In this document: piece after piece, positions 21,049 through 31,268 of the stretch
How the letters are laid out: the number at the start of each line of letters is the position of its first letter
How positions within the stretch are numbered: the stretch's first letter is position 1
Assembly (NCBI GenBank): GCA_034520965.1
Contig: JAXHMY010000003.1
Coordinates: 288,001-352,000 of the forward strand
Reading direction: 5' to 3'
Source of the DNA: Spirochaetia bacterium
GTDB taxonomy: Bacteria > Spirochaetota > Spirochaetia > DSM-16054 > Sediminispirochaetaceae
Length of the DNA: 64,000 bases
Translations under genes and position numbers: made by a program
Notes under the pieces: generated by a model
Seen by the model: only the letters and a program-made list of their open reading frames with translations
Told to the model about the DNA's origin: nothing
Database searches by the model: none

Positions 21049-21393
21049 ACTCGTCTCCTTCCACAGTTTGATAGCTGGAAAAAGTGTACGGGGCAAACCA
21101 TGAACCGTCAACATCAAAAGAAAAGATCCGGAGGAGTTAACCTACGGAAGTTACCACAAGTTAATATATCGAGTTGTAATATTTAGTTATCACTATTTAT
21201 ATAGGTAACGCACATCAATAAATCCTGATAATTGTTGATAGCACAATAAATAAACAGAAATAAACTGATACGCACTTATATAGTGAAATAAAATAAACAT
21301 CTCTTCATGTAATAAAAGACTTGCGTTTTCCTAGTGTTGTAAATATAATAGAGGGATCAGTATTAAAAATACTATCAAGATAAGGAGAAAAAG

Positions 21394-22895
21394 ATGAAAA
21401 GAAGCATAATGTTATGCACAGTATTCCTGCTGGCAGCCGCAACGGTTTTTGCGGGGGGCGAACAGGAGACTGAAGAGAAAATGATAATTCGGGTGGCCGA
21501 ACAGGTGCCCAACCTGATAACCCCCGGAGTATGGGACGGACAAGCATTCTCCCTGAACGGGTCCATCTATGATTATCTAATTGAAATGGACGCGAATACC
21601 GGCGAATCTGGTCCTCCCTGGCTACAGAATGGAACAGCCCCAATGGTAAGGTCTGGACCTTCAAACTTCGGAAAGGAGTAAAATTCCACGACGGCAGCGA
21701 TTTCACCTCCGCCGATGTAATGTACACTCTTGAAAGGACCCAGGACCCGGATATTGGCCACCTCAAAGCGCAGGATTTTGAAAACCTCGAGAAGATTGCG
21801 ACTCCTGACGATCATACAGTTGTAATCACCCTCAAAGAGGCAGCGCCCACCTTCAATTTCATTTTTACCGACTACAACATGGCGATACTTTCTTCGGACT
21901 ACGATTACGCTTCGAAGGGAGAATCGGCACCCATGGGAACCGGACCCTTCAAACTTGAAAAGCTTGTTCCGAAAGAATCCGCCCTGCTGGTCAAGAACAG
22001 TGATTACTGGGCAGAAGGACTGCCAAAGGCAGATGAACTGAGAATTTACTTTGTTCCCGATATTGATTCCAGTGTTTCCCTGCTCGAAGCGGGAGAGGTG
22101 GATATCGTTCCCCAGATTTCCCCAATTATCAAAAAGCGCCTGGAAAGCATGGACGGATTCAAGGTCGTCTCTCCCTACCAGGAGTCCCGCTTTATCGCTC
22201 TGGCCGACGATCGGGAGCCCTTTTCCGACAACCGGGTAAGGCTTGCCTTCAAATACAGCATGGATCCGGAGATTCTGGCCAAAGCGTGTCAGGGCACCCT
22301 CGGCGAGACCATTTTTTACAACGAGACTCCCATTGTGAACGCCCTCGCGCAGTACAAGAAAATTCCCTTCCGCGGCCGGGATATTGACAAGGCAAAAGAA
22401 CTGCTGGCGGAAGCCGGTTATCCCGACGGACTGTCGGTGGATTTCTTCTATGCCTCCGACCATCCCTACGGTAGCGATATTGCACAGACCCTTAAGGAGC
22501 TGGCTGCACCCGCAGGTATAGAACTCAACCTCAAGGGTTTTCCGCGGGACATCTACCTTTCTCAGCACTGGATGGACGGACCGATGCTGCTTACCGGCTG
22601 GGGAGTGCGGGTAGACCCCTCCATGCTGCTCATGCTCGCGTATCATTCGGAAGGTCCCTGGAACGAATCTCATATAGACAACCCGCGGATCGATGAGCTT
22701 ATCGAAAAAATCCGAGGCGAGGTGGATCCCGAGGTTCGCCAGACCTATTATGACGAACTCCAGCAAATTTTCCATGAAGAGGGTACGGTTATTAACCTCC
22801 AGGTTCCTTACCTGGTCGGCGTAAGCGACGCGGTTACCGATTACCGCCAGCCCCTCACAATGCTGCCCCAGCTCGAATACACCACTATAAAATAG
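21394..22895 (+). CDS. Family-5 (Opp/Dpp/Nik) ABC substrate-binding protein; frameshifted near 21610-21650
   Basis: Signal peptide ending VFAGG, WTFKLRKGVKFHDGSDFTSADV in the downstream frame, GTGPFKL, DNRVRLA, AKELLAEAGYPDG. Confidence 0.9.
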
Positions 22896-22904
22896 CGAGG
22901 AGAT

Positions 22905-23870
22905 ATGGATTTTCTGAAACGTTTTGCCAAGCGGTTGGGTTTTACGCTGTTGACCATTCTTGCCATGTCTATCCTGATATTCTTCCTGGTCGAAATAATG
23001 CCGGGAGATGTGGCCCAGACCGTTCTGGGCCAGAGTGCCACCGAGGAATCGGTGGCTGCTCTTCGGGATAGGATGGGGCTTGACGACCCCATGCACGAGA
23101 GGTACATCCGCTGGGCTGGAGGATTTATCCGGGGCGACCTGGGAGAGTCCCTCTATATGCGCGGAGTACAGATAAACACTATTTTCTGGAGAAAGGTCGG
23201 TCATTCGGTTGTACTGGCCTTAACCGCGCTCCTTTTTTACGTACCCCTGTCAATCCTCTTTGGAGTCTTTGCGGGGGTAAAGGAGGGGAAGGCGCCAGAC
23301 GCGATAATCTCTTTTGTGGGGCTGGCAACCATGGCCCTTCCGGAATTCGTTTCAGGAATTATTCTCATAACGGTTTTTGCGGTGGGCTTAGAGATCCTTC
23401 CCATCGCAAGCATTATTCCCATAGGAGAGAACCTCTGGCAGAACCTGGACATTCTGGTTCTGCCGGCCCTCTCCATCACCTTCGTGATGTTCGGGTATGT
23501 TTCGCGTATGCAGCGCTCCTCTATGGTCAGCGTCATGAAAGCGGACTATATCCGAGCGGCCATTCTCAAGGGAATGCCGCGCAAATACGTAATTTTCCGC
23601 CATGCCCTTAAAAATGCACTTCTTCCGACCATAACTATTATCGGAATGAATATGGGATGGCTCTTCGGAGGCCTGATCGTAGTGGAGACCCTTTTCGGCT
23701 TTCCCGGTTTGGGCTCTTTGACCATGTCGGCCATCAAAACGCGGGACATTCCGCTGATTGAGGCCTGCGTACTTTTTATCACTTTCATTTTTGTTTTTTC
23801 TACCTTTATAACCGACATGCTGTACGCCTTTCTCAACCCGCGTATCCGCTATAAACGGGGGGACGTATGA
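22905..23870 (+). CDS. ABC permease (OppB/DppB type)
   Basis: MPGD, GLDDP, GDLGES, DYIRAAILKG, RHALKNA, VETLFGFPGLG. Confidence 0.93.
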   Translation: MDFLKRFAKRLGFTLLTILAMSILIFFLVEIMPGDVAQTVLGQSATEESVAALRDRMGLDDPMHERYIRWAGGFIRGDLGESLYMRGVQINTIFWRKVGHSVVLALTALLFYVPLSILFGVFAGVKEGKAPDAIISFVGLATMALPEFVSGIILITVFAVGLEILPIASIIPIGENLWQNLDILVLPALSITFVMFGYVSRMQRSSMVSVMKADYIRAAILKGMPRKYVIFRHALKNALLPTITIIGMNMGWLFGGLIVVETLFGFPGLGSLTMSAIKTRDIPLIEACVLFITFIFVFSTFITDMLYAFLNPRIRYKRGDV

Positions 23871-24697
23871 ACACATATCTTCTGCAGCTTAAACGCAGCC
23901 CGCGGGCCATCGCCGGCCTAACGATTCTCCTCATCTGGATTATAGCCGCCATTGCCGGCCCCTCCCTGCTGCCCTACACCTATACCGGGATGGATATGGA
24001 TAATCAGATGGTTGCTCCGGGGCAGGCTGGACACCTTCTCGGCACCGACGCCCTGGGACGGGATGTCTTTTCCAGGATTATCTACGGAAGCCGTTCCATT
24101 CTGACCATCGCCCTTTTGACCAGCCTGCTGTCATCCATCGCCGGAATTATCATCGGCTTTACCGCCGGCTACTTCGGAGGAATCGTCGATACGATCTTTC
24201 TCAGGATAATGGATATTCTTATGGCCATTCCACCGCTGGTACTGGCCATGGTGGTACTCGGTATCCTCGGCAACTCGACCATTGCCGGACTTACCATTAT
24301 TGTCTCCATTGCCTTTACCCCGGCCACTGCTCGCGTGGCCCGCGGGGCACTTCTGACCTGTAAAAGTACTGAATATGTCGATGCGGCCCGTATCCGGGGA
24401 GAATCGCACATTTACATTATGTTCGTCGAGATTCTGCCCAACACCATCGGCCCGGTCATAGTTGAGATTACCGCACGCTTTGCCTATTCCATAATGATGA
24501 TAGCTTCCCTCGGTTTTCTGGGGGTAGGCCTTCAGCCGCCCACACCGGACTGGGGAATGATGGTGATCGAGAACAAATCGCTTATCCGGGCGGCACCCTG
24601 GACGGTACTCTATCCGTCCCTGGCGATTGCCTCCCTGGTTATTGCTATTTCTCTCTTTTCGGACTTTGTCAGCAAGGTGATGATCAATGAAGACTGA
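23867..24697 (+). CDS. ABC permease (OppC/DppC type)
   Basis: HLLGTDALGRDVFSR, EYVDAARIRGE, LGFLGVGLQPPTPDWG. Confidence 0.93.
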   Translation: MNTYLLQLKRSPRAIAGLTILLIWIIAAIAGPSLLPYTYTGMDMDNQMVAPGQAGHLLGTDALGRDVFSRIIYGSRSILTIALLTSLLSSIAGIIIGFTAGYFGGIVDTIFLRIMDILMAIPPLVLAMVVLGILGNSTIAGLTIIVSIAFTPATARVARGALLTCKSTEYVDAARIRGESHIYIMFVEILPNTIGPVIVEITARFAYSIMMIASLGFLGVGLQPPTPDWGMMVIENKSLIRAAPWTVLYPSLAIASLVIAISLFSDFVSKVMINED

Positions 24698-26708
24698 ACC
24701 GGTACTTGAAATAAAAGAACTCGATGTTGCCTACCACACCCTTACAGAGACGGTAGTGGCTTTGCAAGGGGTGTCCCTCGGGGTTGGTAAAAACGAAGCC
24801 CTCGGAATTATCGGCGAGTCGGGATGCGGGAAGACCACTCTTTTTTACGCAATCATGGACTACCTGCCGGTTACCGCCTCACGCTCTGGCGAGATACTGT
24901 TCAAAGGTGAGGACCTCGTAGTTAAAACGCCGAAGCAGATGACGAAGTTCCGCGGCAGCAAAATTGCTATGGTGTACCAAAACCCCTATTCAAGCCTGAA
25001 TCCGTCGCTTACGATCGGCTTTCAGCTTGAAGAGGTTTCCATGTTCCATCACGGAATGAGCAGAAAGGAAGCCCGGCAGGCGGCGGTGGAAACATTGTCG
25101 AATCTGCACCTCGGTGATGCGGCGGGTATAGTCCGCCGCTACCCCCATCAGATAAGCGGCGGCATGCAGCAGCGTATTTGCATTGCCATGGCACTGCTCT
25201 GCAAACCCGACCTAATGATTCTAGACGAACCGACCACCGCTCTGGATGTTACCACCGAAGCGGTTATTCTGGACATAATTCAAGAGCTGAAAGACAAGTA
25301 CAATATGTCCCTCATCTATATTTCCCACGATATTGGCGTTGTAAACAAGGTGTCGGACAGGGTTGCGGTTATGTACCGCGGCGAGGTGGTGGAATTCGGT
25401 AATCAGAACACCATTTATAAAAACCCTCAGCACCCCTATACCAGGGCACTGATAAACTGCATGCCCCGGGCGGGAGTTCTGAAAGAGAATACCCAGCTCA
25501 ACACCATACCGGGATATGTCTCCCGAAGAAGCGCCGCCGAAACCGGCTGCCCCTTTGTCGCACGCTGCGAGAAGAAAAACGCAACCTGTGAGGAAAAGTA
25601 CGGCATGGTGGAACGGCAGCCGGATCATTTTTCAGCCTGTGACCGAGCCTATGCCACGGATATTCCGGATAAGGTTCTGTCAAGGGAAAAAGGGTCCATT
25701 CCGGAGGGCAGTGAGCCCGAGCACAAGACTATTCTTAAAATAGATAATCTCTATAAATATTACGGTCCCCACGGAAAAAGAATCCGGGCTCTGGACGGGG
25801 TGGATCTTACCCTCGAACGTAACAGCGTCCTAGGGGTAGTCGGCGAATCGGGATGCGGTAAAAGCACCATGGGTCATACGGTCAGCGGGCTGATGCGACC
25901 CACCCGCGGAAAGATTATTTTCGACGGTACCGATATTTCGGTGTCCTGGCGGAAACGCAGCCCGGAAACCCTGCGGGATATTCAGCTTATTTTCCAGAAC
26001 CCCGGGCGCAGCCTGAACCCATCGTTTACCATCGAGAACATTATCGGACGGCCTATGCTGAAACTGCTGGGTATAAAATCGCGGCAGGAACGGCGCAAGC
26101 TAATCGTGGATATCCTGAAAAAGGTAGATCTTGGAGAGGAATACCTCTATCGGCGCCCCAAACAGCTGAGCGGCGGAGAGATGCAGCGGGCCGCAGTGGC
26201 CCGGGCCTTTTCCATTGGCCCCAATCTCCTGGTCTGTGACGAACCAACCTCCGCTCTGGATGCGTCCGTGCAGGCATCGGTCCTGAACCTGCTGGTGGAC
26301 CTGCAGAAAGATTCCGGGGCCGCCTACATTTTTATTTCACACGACCTCAACGTTATCAACTACCTGAGCGACTATATTATGGTTATGTACCTGGGCAGGA
26401 TCTGCGAATACGGTACGAAAACCGAGGTGGCAAGTTCTCCGCGCCACCCCTATACCGAGGCGCTGCTCTCGGCGGTCCCCGACGTGGACCCCTCCCTCAA
26501 AAAGGGCGAAATACGGCTGCAAGGTGCGCCTCCCAATCCGACCCGTAAGATCAAGGGCTGCCCCTTTGCCGGACGCTGCCACCGCAAGGTGGGGTCTGTC
26601 TGCGATACAACTCCCCCGCCAAAGGTTAGATTTTTCCGATACGCATTTCGCCTATTGCCACATTTCTCCGGAAATACTGAACTCGGAAATAAGCGTAAAG
26701 GGCATTAA
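24687..26708 (+). CDS. Fused OppD/OppF ABC ATPase; extreme C-terminus probably frameshifted
   Basis: Two GESGCGK Walker A motifs, two signature motifs (ISGGMQQR, LSGGEMQR), two HPYT...GCPF...C tails. Confidence 0.92.
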   Translation: MKTEPVLEIKELDVAYHTLTETVVALQGVSLGVGKNEALGIIGESGCGKTTLFYAIMDYLPVTASRSGEILFKGEDLVVKTPKQMTKFRGSKIAMVYQNPYSSLNPSLTIGFQLEEVSMFHHGMSRKEARQAAVETLSNLHLGDAAGIVRRYPHQISGGMQQRICIAMALLCKPDLMILDEPTTALDVTTEAVILDIIQELKDKYNMSLIYISHDIGVVNKVSDRVAVMYRGEVVEFGNQNTIYKNPQHPYTRALINCMPRAGVLKENTQLNTIPGYVSRRSAAETGCPFVARCEKKNATCEEKYGMVERQPDHFSACDRAYATDIPDKVLSREKGSIPEGSEPEHKTILKIDNLYKYYGPHGKRIRALDGVDLTLERNSVLGVVGESGCGKSTMGHTVSGLMRPTRGKIIFDGTDISVSWRKRSPETLRDIQLIFQNPGRSLNPSFTIENIIGRPMLKLLGIKSRQERRKLIVDILKKVDLGEEYLYRRPKQLSGGEMQRAAVARAFSIGPNLLVCDEPTSALDASVQASVLNLLVDLQKDSGAAYIFISHDLNVINYLSDYIMVMYLGRICEYGTKTEVASSPRHPYTEALLSAVPDVDPSLKKGEIRLQGAPPNPTRKIKGCPFAGRCHRKVGSVCDTTPPPKVRFFRYAFRLLPHFSGNTELGNKRKGH

Positions 26709-26717
26709 TTAAAAAAA

Positions 26718-26791
26718 TGAACACGGCGGGATTCGAACCCACGACTTCCACCTCCGGAGGGTGGCGCTCTATCCAGCTGAGCTACGTGTCC
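26718..26791 (-). tRNA. tRNA-Arg(CCG)
   Basis: GGACACG/CGTGTTC acceptor, anticodon arm CCACC-CTCCGGA-GGTGG, GGTTCGAATCC T-arm; CCA not encoded. Confidence 0.95.
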
Positions 26792-26897
26792 AGTGAAAGA
26801 AAGCATATCTCTTTCAATGCTGCATGTCAATATCCTGCTTTCCTCGGCATTGCTCGGCATTGCGGGAGACCTCAAGCTCGTATATACTTCAGCCATT

Positions 26898-27974
26898 ATG
26901 AAAGAACTTATACACACGCAACAAGAGCTAAGCGAACTGATCGGCTGCCCCGGAAGGGAACAGTCTGTCCGCAGGTATATACACAACAGCATCGATCCCT
27001 ATGTGGATACACTGCAGGAAGATGCTGCGGGGAATTTAATCGCCGTTAAATACGGTCGGAACGAAAAAAGCGATGTAGTTCTATTAGACGCCCACATGGA
27101 TGAGGTTGGCTTTATGGTGAACCACCTTGAAGGGGACGGGCTTTTGCGTGTTTCGGCCCTGGGCGGTATCGATCCCAGTCTACTGCCCGGTGCCACGGTT
27201 CAGTTCAACGTGAATTCTGAAAACGGAAACACTGGCCGCATTACCGGAGTTTTCAGCAGTATCCCTCCCCATGTAAAAAACAGTCTGGGCAGCAACGGAG
27301 GCCCCCTCAAAACTGAAGCCCTGACTATCGATGTGGGCGCCGCCTCTGAGGCTGAGCTGCGAGAGCTCGGTATAGATATCGGCAGTACCGGAACTTTTTT
27401 TACTCCCTTTCAGCGGCTGGGAGAAAACTCCTTGATGGGCAAAGCTTTTGATAACCGCAGCGGCTGCAACCTGCTTTTGCAAACCGCATACAGGATTACT
27501 GAGAATCCAATTGACACCACCGTGGTGTTTCTTTTTTCAACAGCCGAGGAGCATAATCAGCTGGGGGCAGGGAGCATTCAACTGCCCTTGAAGCCTGCTG
27601 CAGCTTTGGTGCTGGAGAATACCACCGCCACCGATACAGCCGGGACCCCAACACACTTCAAGGTTGCCGAGCTTGGTAAAGGGCCGGCACTTACCCTTGC
27701 CGACACAAAGTATGTGGTACCCGAAAGAATTGTCAACTCACTAAAGGCATGTGCAGAGCGTCACGCTATTCCGTGGCAGTATAAAAAACCGGTATACGGC
27801 GGAACCAATGCCGCTACCATCTCCACCGGAGGAGCCGGTATTCCAACCGGAATACTCTCTGTGCCCTGCCGCTACATTCACAGTCCCGCCGGGGTGCTGC
27901 GAATTACTGACATGGAACACACCGCAAACCTGCTGTATTATTATCTGCATGATTTTCCTCAGAATTTTGCTTAG
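26898..27974 (+). CDS. M42 family metallopeptidase
   Basis: DAHMDEVG, LGGID, KAFDNR, AEE, GKGP, PCRYIHS. Confidence 0.9.
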   Translation: MKELIHTQQELSELIGCPGREQSVRRYIHNSIDPYVDTLQEDAAGNLIAVKYGRNEKSDVVLLDAHMDEVGFMVNHLEGDGLLRVSALGGIDPSLLPGATVQFNVNSENGNTGRITGVFSSIPPHVKNSLGSNGGPLKTEALTIDVGAASEAELRELGIDIGSTGTFFTPFQRLGENSLMGKAFDNRSGCNLLLQTAYRITENPIDTTVVFLFSTAEEHNQLGAGSIQLPLKPAAALVLENTTATDTAGTPTHFKVAELGKGPALTLADTKYVVPERIVNSLKACAERHAIPWQYKKPVYGGTNAATISTGGAGIPTGILSVPCRYIHSPAGVLRITDMEHTANLLYYYLHDFPQNFA

Positions 27975-27983
27975 AGGTTTAGA

Positions 27984-28042
27984 GTCTTTGTACGTCTTTG
28001 TGCGTCTTTGTGCTTGACTTTTCAGTGCCCGCCGCCTAACCT
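27984..28042 (+). promoter_or_regulatory. Sigma70-type promoter preceded by three 10-bp direct repeats
   Basis: GTCTTTGT(A/G)C x3 at 27984-28013, then TTGACT (28014) - 17 bp - TAACCT (28037). Confidence 0.5.
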
Positions 28043-28064
28043 GCTAAAAAATTAAGGAGAAGAT

Positions 28065-28620
28065 ATGCGAATCCGTTATAATGCACCGATTACACTCACC
28101 TTTGCGCTAGTTGCAGCTCTAGTTTTGGCAATAGATCAACTTACCGGTGCCGGCATTATACCGGCTCTCTGTATGGTTCCCGGAAAAGCGGCGTTCAGTT
28201 TTACTTCTTTTCTTGACTATGTCAGAATTTTCACCCATGTCCTTGGCCATGTAGGATGGGCACATCTTTTGAGTAATTTTGCTATAATTCTCCTGATCGG
28301 TCCTATTTTAGAAGAAAAATACGGTTCAGTTTCACTTTTTATCATGATTCTTATTACCGCGTTGGTCACCGGCCTGTTGAATGCCCTTCTTTTCTACCGC
28401 TTTATTGGGTGCCAGCGGGGTCGCTTTTATGATGATTCTGCTGGTCTCGTTTACCAACATTCGCAATGGAGAGATTCCGCTTACTTTCATTCTGATTCTC
28501 ATTCTGTACCTGGCAAAAGAGATTATTTCATCGGTACAGGCGAATCAGATTTCCGAGTTTGCCCACATTGCAGGGGGCATATGCGGGAGTATGTTCGGCT
28601 TTTTGCGCCCACGCAAATAA
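28065..28620 (+). CDS. Rhomboid-family intramembrane serine protease; frameshifted near 28395
   Basis: HVLGHVGWAHLLSN, GPILEEKYG in the first frame; catalytic GASG and AHIAGG in the second frame. Confidence 0.88.
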
Positions 28621-28671
28621 GCCCGACCAATACTCCCGTACTCCCGTACTCCCGTAAATAACAAACAAGCC

Positions 28672-29923
28672 CTATTTTAGCTCCGGACGGTTGCCTGTGG
28701 TAATCTCAATTAGCTCGCCCTGCATCCACTCCTCTTCGTTGTTCAGCTCCCAATAGAACTGTACCAAGCTTCCCGGTACATCCTGCGAAGCCCACCACGT
28801 GTAGCTCCACTCGTCACTGTCGGCTGAATAGCTGTGTTCCAGTACATCACATTCATAAGTGTTTCCGGCAATCTTTACACGCTCCGTACCGGTTTTATAC
28901 TCTGCATAGTCTTCAGGAGTAATTGGTTCCACATCGGCCGACTCATACTCAGCTTCATCCGTCTCATTTAAAAACTCGTACTCTCCAACTTTATTTTCCG
29001 CCACATCCTTAAAACGCATTTTTAGGAGCTGGTAATCCGGAGCGATGTGATACTCGTACACTAAGCGGTCCCCTTCCCTAGAAAAGGCAACCCGCCACCA
29101 TTTTGACCCGTCATCCTCTATGCTGAGCAGTGCCCTTTCCAATCGGATTTCCTCATTTTCATCAGAAGAGGTCAACGACCAGACAGTGCCCTGACCGACT
29201 TCATAAGTTGAATCGTCAAAGTAGAACCCTCCAGCCGCAAAGGCGTACCAGTAGATAGCATAAAACTGAGATACATACATTTGGGTCATCATTATTCTAC
29301 CGGAGGCGCGAATATCCGACTCAAATTTGGTGGAATCTACCTTCGGGGTCGGGCCGATTTTCAACTGTAAGACCGAGGAATCCTCCGGATATATCCCCCC
29401 ACCGATTATAACCGGCGGAAATTGCAACAGAGGGATTAAGAAAATAGTTCAAACCGGTCATAGTAACAAAACGAAGTGCCGAATCGTTTTCGTTGTATTT
29501 CATGTTATCGAACCCAAGGCCGAGTTCAGCAAAATATTCCAGTTTACCGAGTATCCCGGAATCTGAAGAATCAAGCCCCCTGAAGCCGAGATGAAAAGTA
29601 GCCACTCCGCCAACCCCAGCTGACATGCTGTTATCCAAGGCGCTGTCGTCTACTAATCCAAAATGCCCCCGAGCGGCCACTCCAATATCAATCGGAGCAA
29701 CGTCCTCGAAACCATACTTATGCAAAATTACTTCAGCACCCGGGTATACCCCCAAGCCACCGGAGTAACCCGCGGGTGTTTCAAATGACCCCCGTGCCGA
29801 AAAAACAACATTCCCTGGAGAATACCAGGACCCCCAAATCACGCTCTCTTCCTGAGAGAACGCACCTGTAGTAGAGCACAGAAGAACAACCACCGTAATT
29901 AAAACAGCTTTTTTACTATACAA
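28672..29923 (-). CDS. Exported hypothetical protein: predicted N-terminal beta-barrel plus acidic C-terminal domain (two frames, probably one gene)
   Basis: GGAGG RBS, TTG start, signal peptide, alternating Gly/aromatic beta-strand pattern; the frames join plausibly at GGFLGL|LKIGPTPK near 29365. Confidence 0.55.
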
Positions 29924-30028
29924 TTTGATCCTCCTTCCAATAACTCTAGTATAAATCCGACTTTATAAGCTGTCCAATGTAAAAATGAGTACATTGCATA
30001 TGCGGCGTTTTTTTGGTATCTTTTGTTC

Positions 30029-30196
30029 ATGCAGGTAAAAATAAATAATCGAGGTAATGGAGCATGTCCACTTTGTCATTACGACAAAAAGTGCTCATTC
30101 CAGAAAAAACTTACGAATGCGCTGGAAGCGGTGAAAAGCAAGGAAGATTTTGAACTGGTAGTCTATACATGTCCCTATTTTAAGGAGAAATTTTAA
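30029..30196 (+). CDS. 55-aa Cys4 small protein upstream of prfA (below the ORF-track cutoff)
   Basis: [55 protein letters not shown]; stop is 4 nt before the prfA ATG and the ORF contains the prfA RBS. Confidence 0.75.
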   Translation: MQVKINNRGNGACPLCHYDKKCSFQKKLTNALEAVKSKEDFELVVYTCPYFKEKF

Positions 30197-30200
30197 TACG

Positions 30201-31268
30201 ATGTTAGATAAGCTAGAGGGCATTGCTGAGCGCTACCACGAAGTGGAACAACTCATCTCTGACCCGGATATTATGAAGGATTTGCAGCGTTACAAAGAGC
30301 TGATGCAGGAGCACTCCCAATTGCGGGAGATGGTCGAGGAGTTTGAGAAATACAAGCAAGTAGCCCAAGAGGTCGAGGAAGCTGAGGCATTGATCGGAGA
30401 AGAAGATGACCCGGAGATGCGGGAAATGGCTAAAGAGGAAATTCAATCTTTGGAAGAAAAGCGAGATGCCCTCACCAATCACCTTAAAACTCTTCTCATT
30501 CCCAAGGATCCCCTGGATGGAAAGAATATCATCATGGAAATCAGGGCCGGCACGGGGGGTGAAGAGGCTGCACTGTTTGCAGCCGACCTCTATCGTATGT
30601 ACAGCCGCTTTGCCGAAGAAAATAATTGGAAAATAGAGCTGCTCTCATCCAGTGAAACCGGAATCGGTGGTTTTAAAGAGATATCCATCTCAATTGCCGG
30701 TAAAAATGTGTATGAAAACCTCCGCTATGAGAGTGGAGTCCATCGTGTGCAGCGAGTACCCTCTACCGAGTCCGGAGGCCGCATCCATACCTCCGCAGTA
30801 ACAGTCGCGGTATTGCCTGAGGCCGAGGAAACTGATATCCAGATTAACCAGGAAGACCTTAAGATCGATGTGTTCCGCTCCTCCGGTCCGGGAGGCCAGA
30901 GTGTAAACACTACAGATTCGGCGGTGCGCATCACCCATATTCCCTCCGGTACGGTAGTCACCTGCCAGGATGAAAAATCACAGCACAAAAATAAGGCCAA
31001 GGCGCTGCGGGTACTTCGAGCCCGAATCTATGAAGAAGAAGAGAGCAAACTCCGGGAAGAAAGAGCCGAGAACCGAAAAAATCAGGTAGGATCAGGAGAT
31101 CGGTCCGAGCGTATCCGCACCTATAATTTTCCGCAGAACCGTGTAACCGACCACCGTATAAATCTTACCATTCATAAACTGGATCAGATTATGCAGGGTA
31201 ATTTGAATGAGATTATCGAAAATCTAAAATACTCAGCCCGTCAGGAGTACCTGAAAGAGGTAGAATGA
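30201..31268 (+). CDS. prfA: Peptide chain release factor 1
   Basis: [16 protein letters not shown] (PxT), [24 protein letters not shown]. Confidence 0.98.
   Translation: MLDKLEGIAERYHEVEQLISDPDIMKDLQRYKELMQEHSQLREMVEEFEKYKQVAQEVEEAEALIGEEDDPEMREMAKEEIQSLEEKRDALTNHLKTLLIPKDPLDGKNIIMEIRAGTGGEEAALFAADLYRMYSRFAEENNWKIELLSSSETGIGGFKEISISIAGKNVYENLRYESGVHRVQRVPSTESGGRIHTSAVTVAVLPEAEETDIQINQEDLKIDVFRSSGPGGQSVNTTDSAVRITHIPSGTVVTCQDEKSQHKNKAKALRVLRARIYEEEESKLREERAENRKNQVGSGDRSERIRTYNFPQNRVTDHRINLTIHKLDQIMQGNLNEIIENLKYSARQEYLKEVE

Noticed and set aside
21573..23204. 543-aa minus-strand ORF
   Set aside because: Antisense shadow of the SBP and permease genes
28631..28656. TACTCCCG x3 after the rhomboid gene
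   Set aside because: Short intergenic slippage repeat between convergent genes; no evident function
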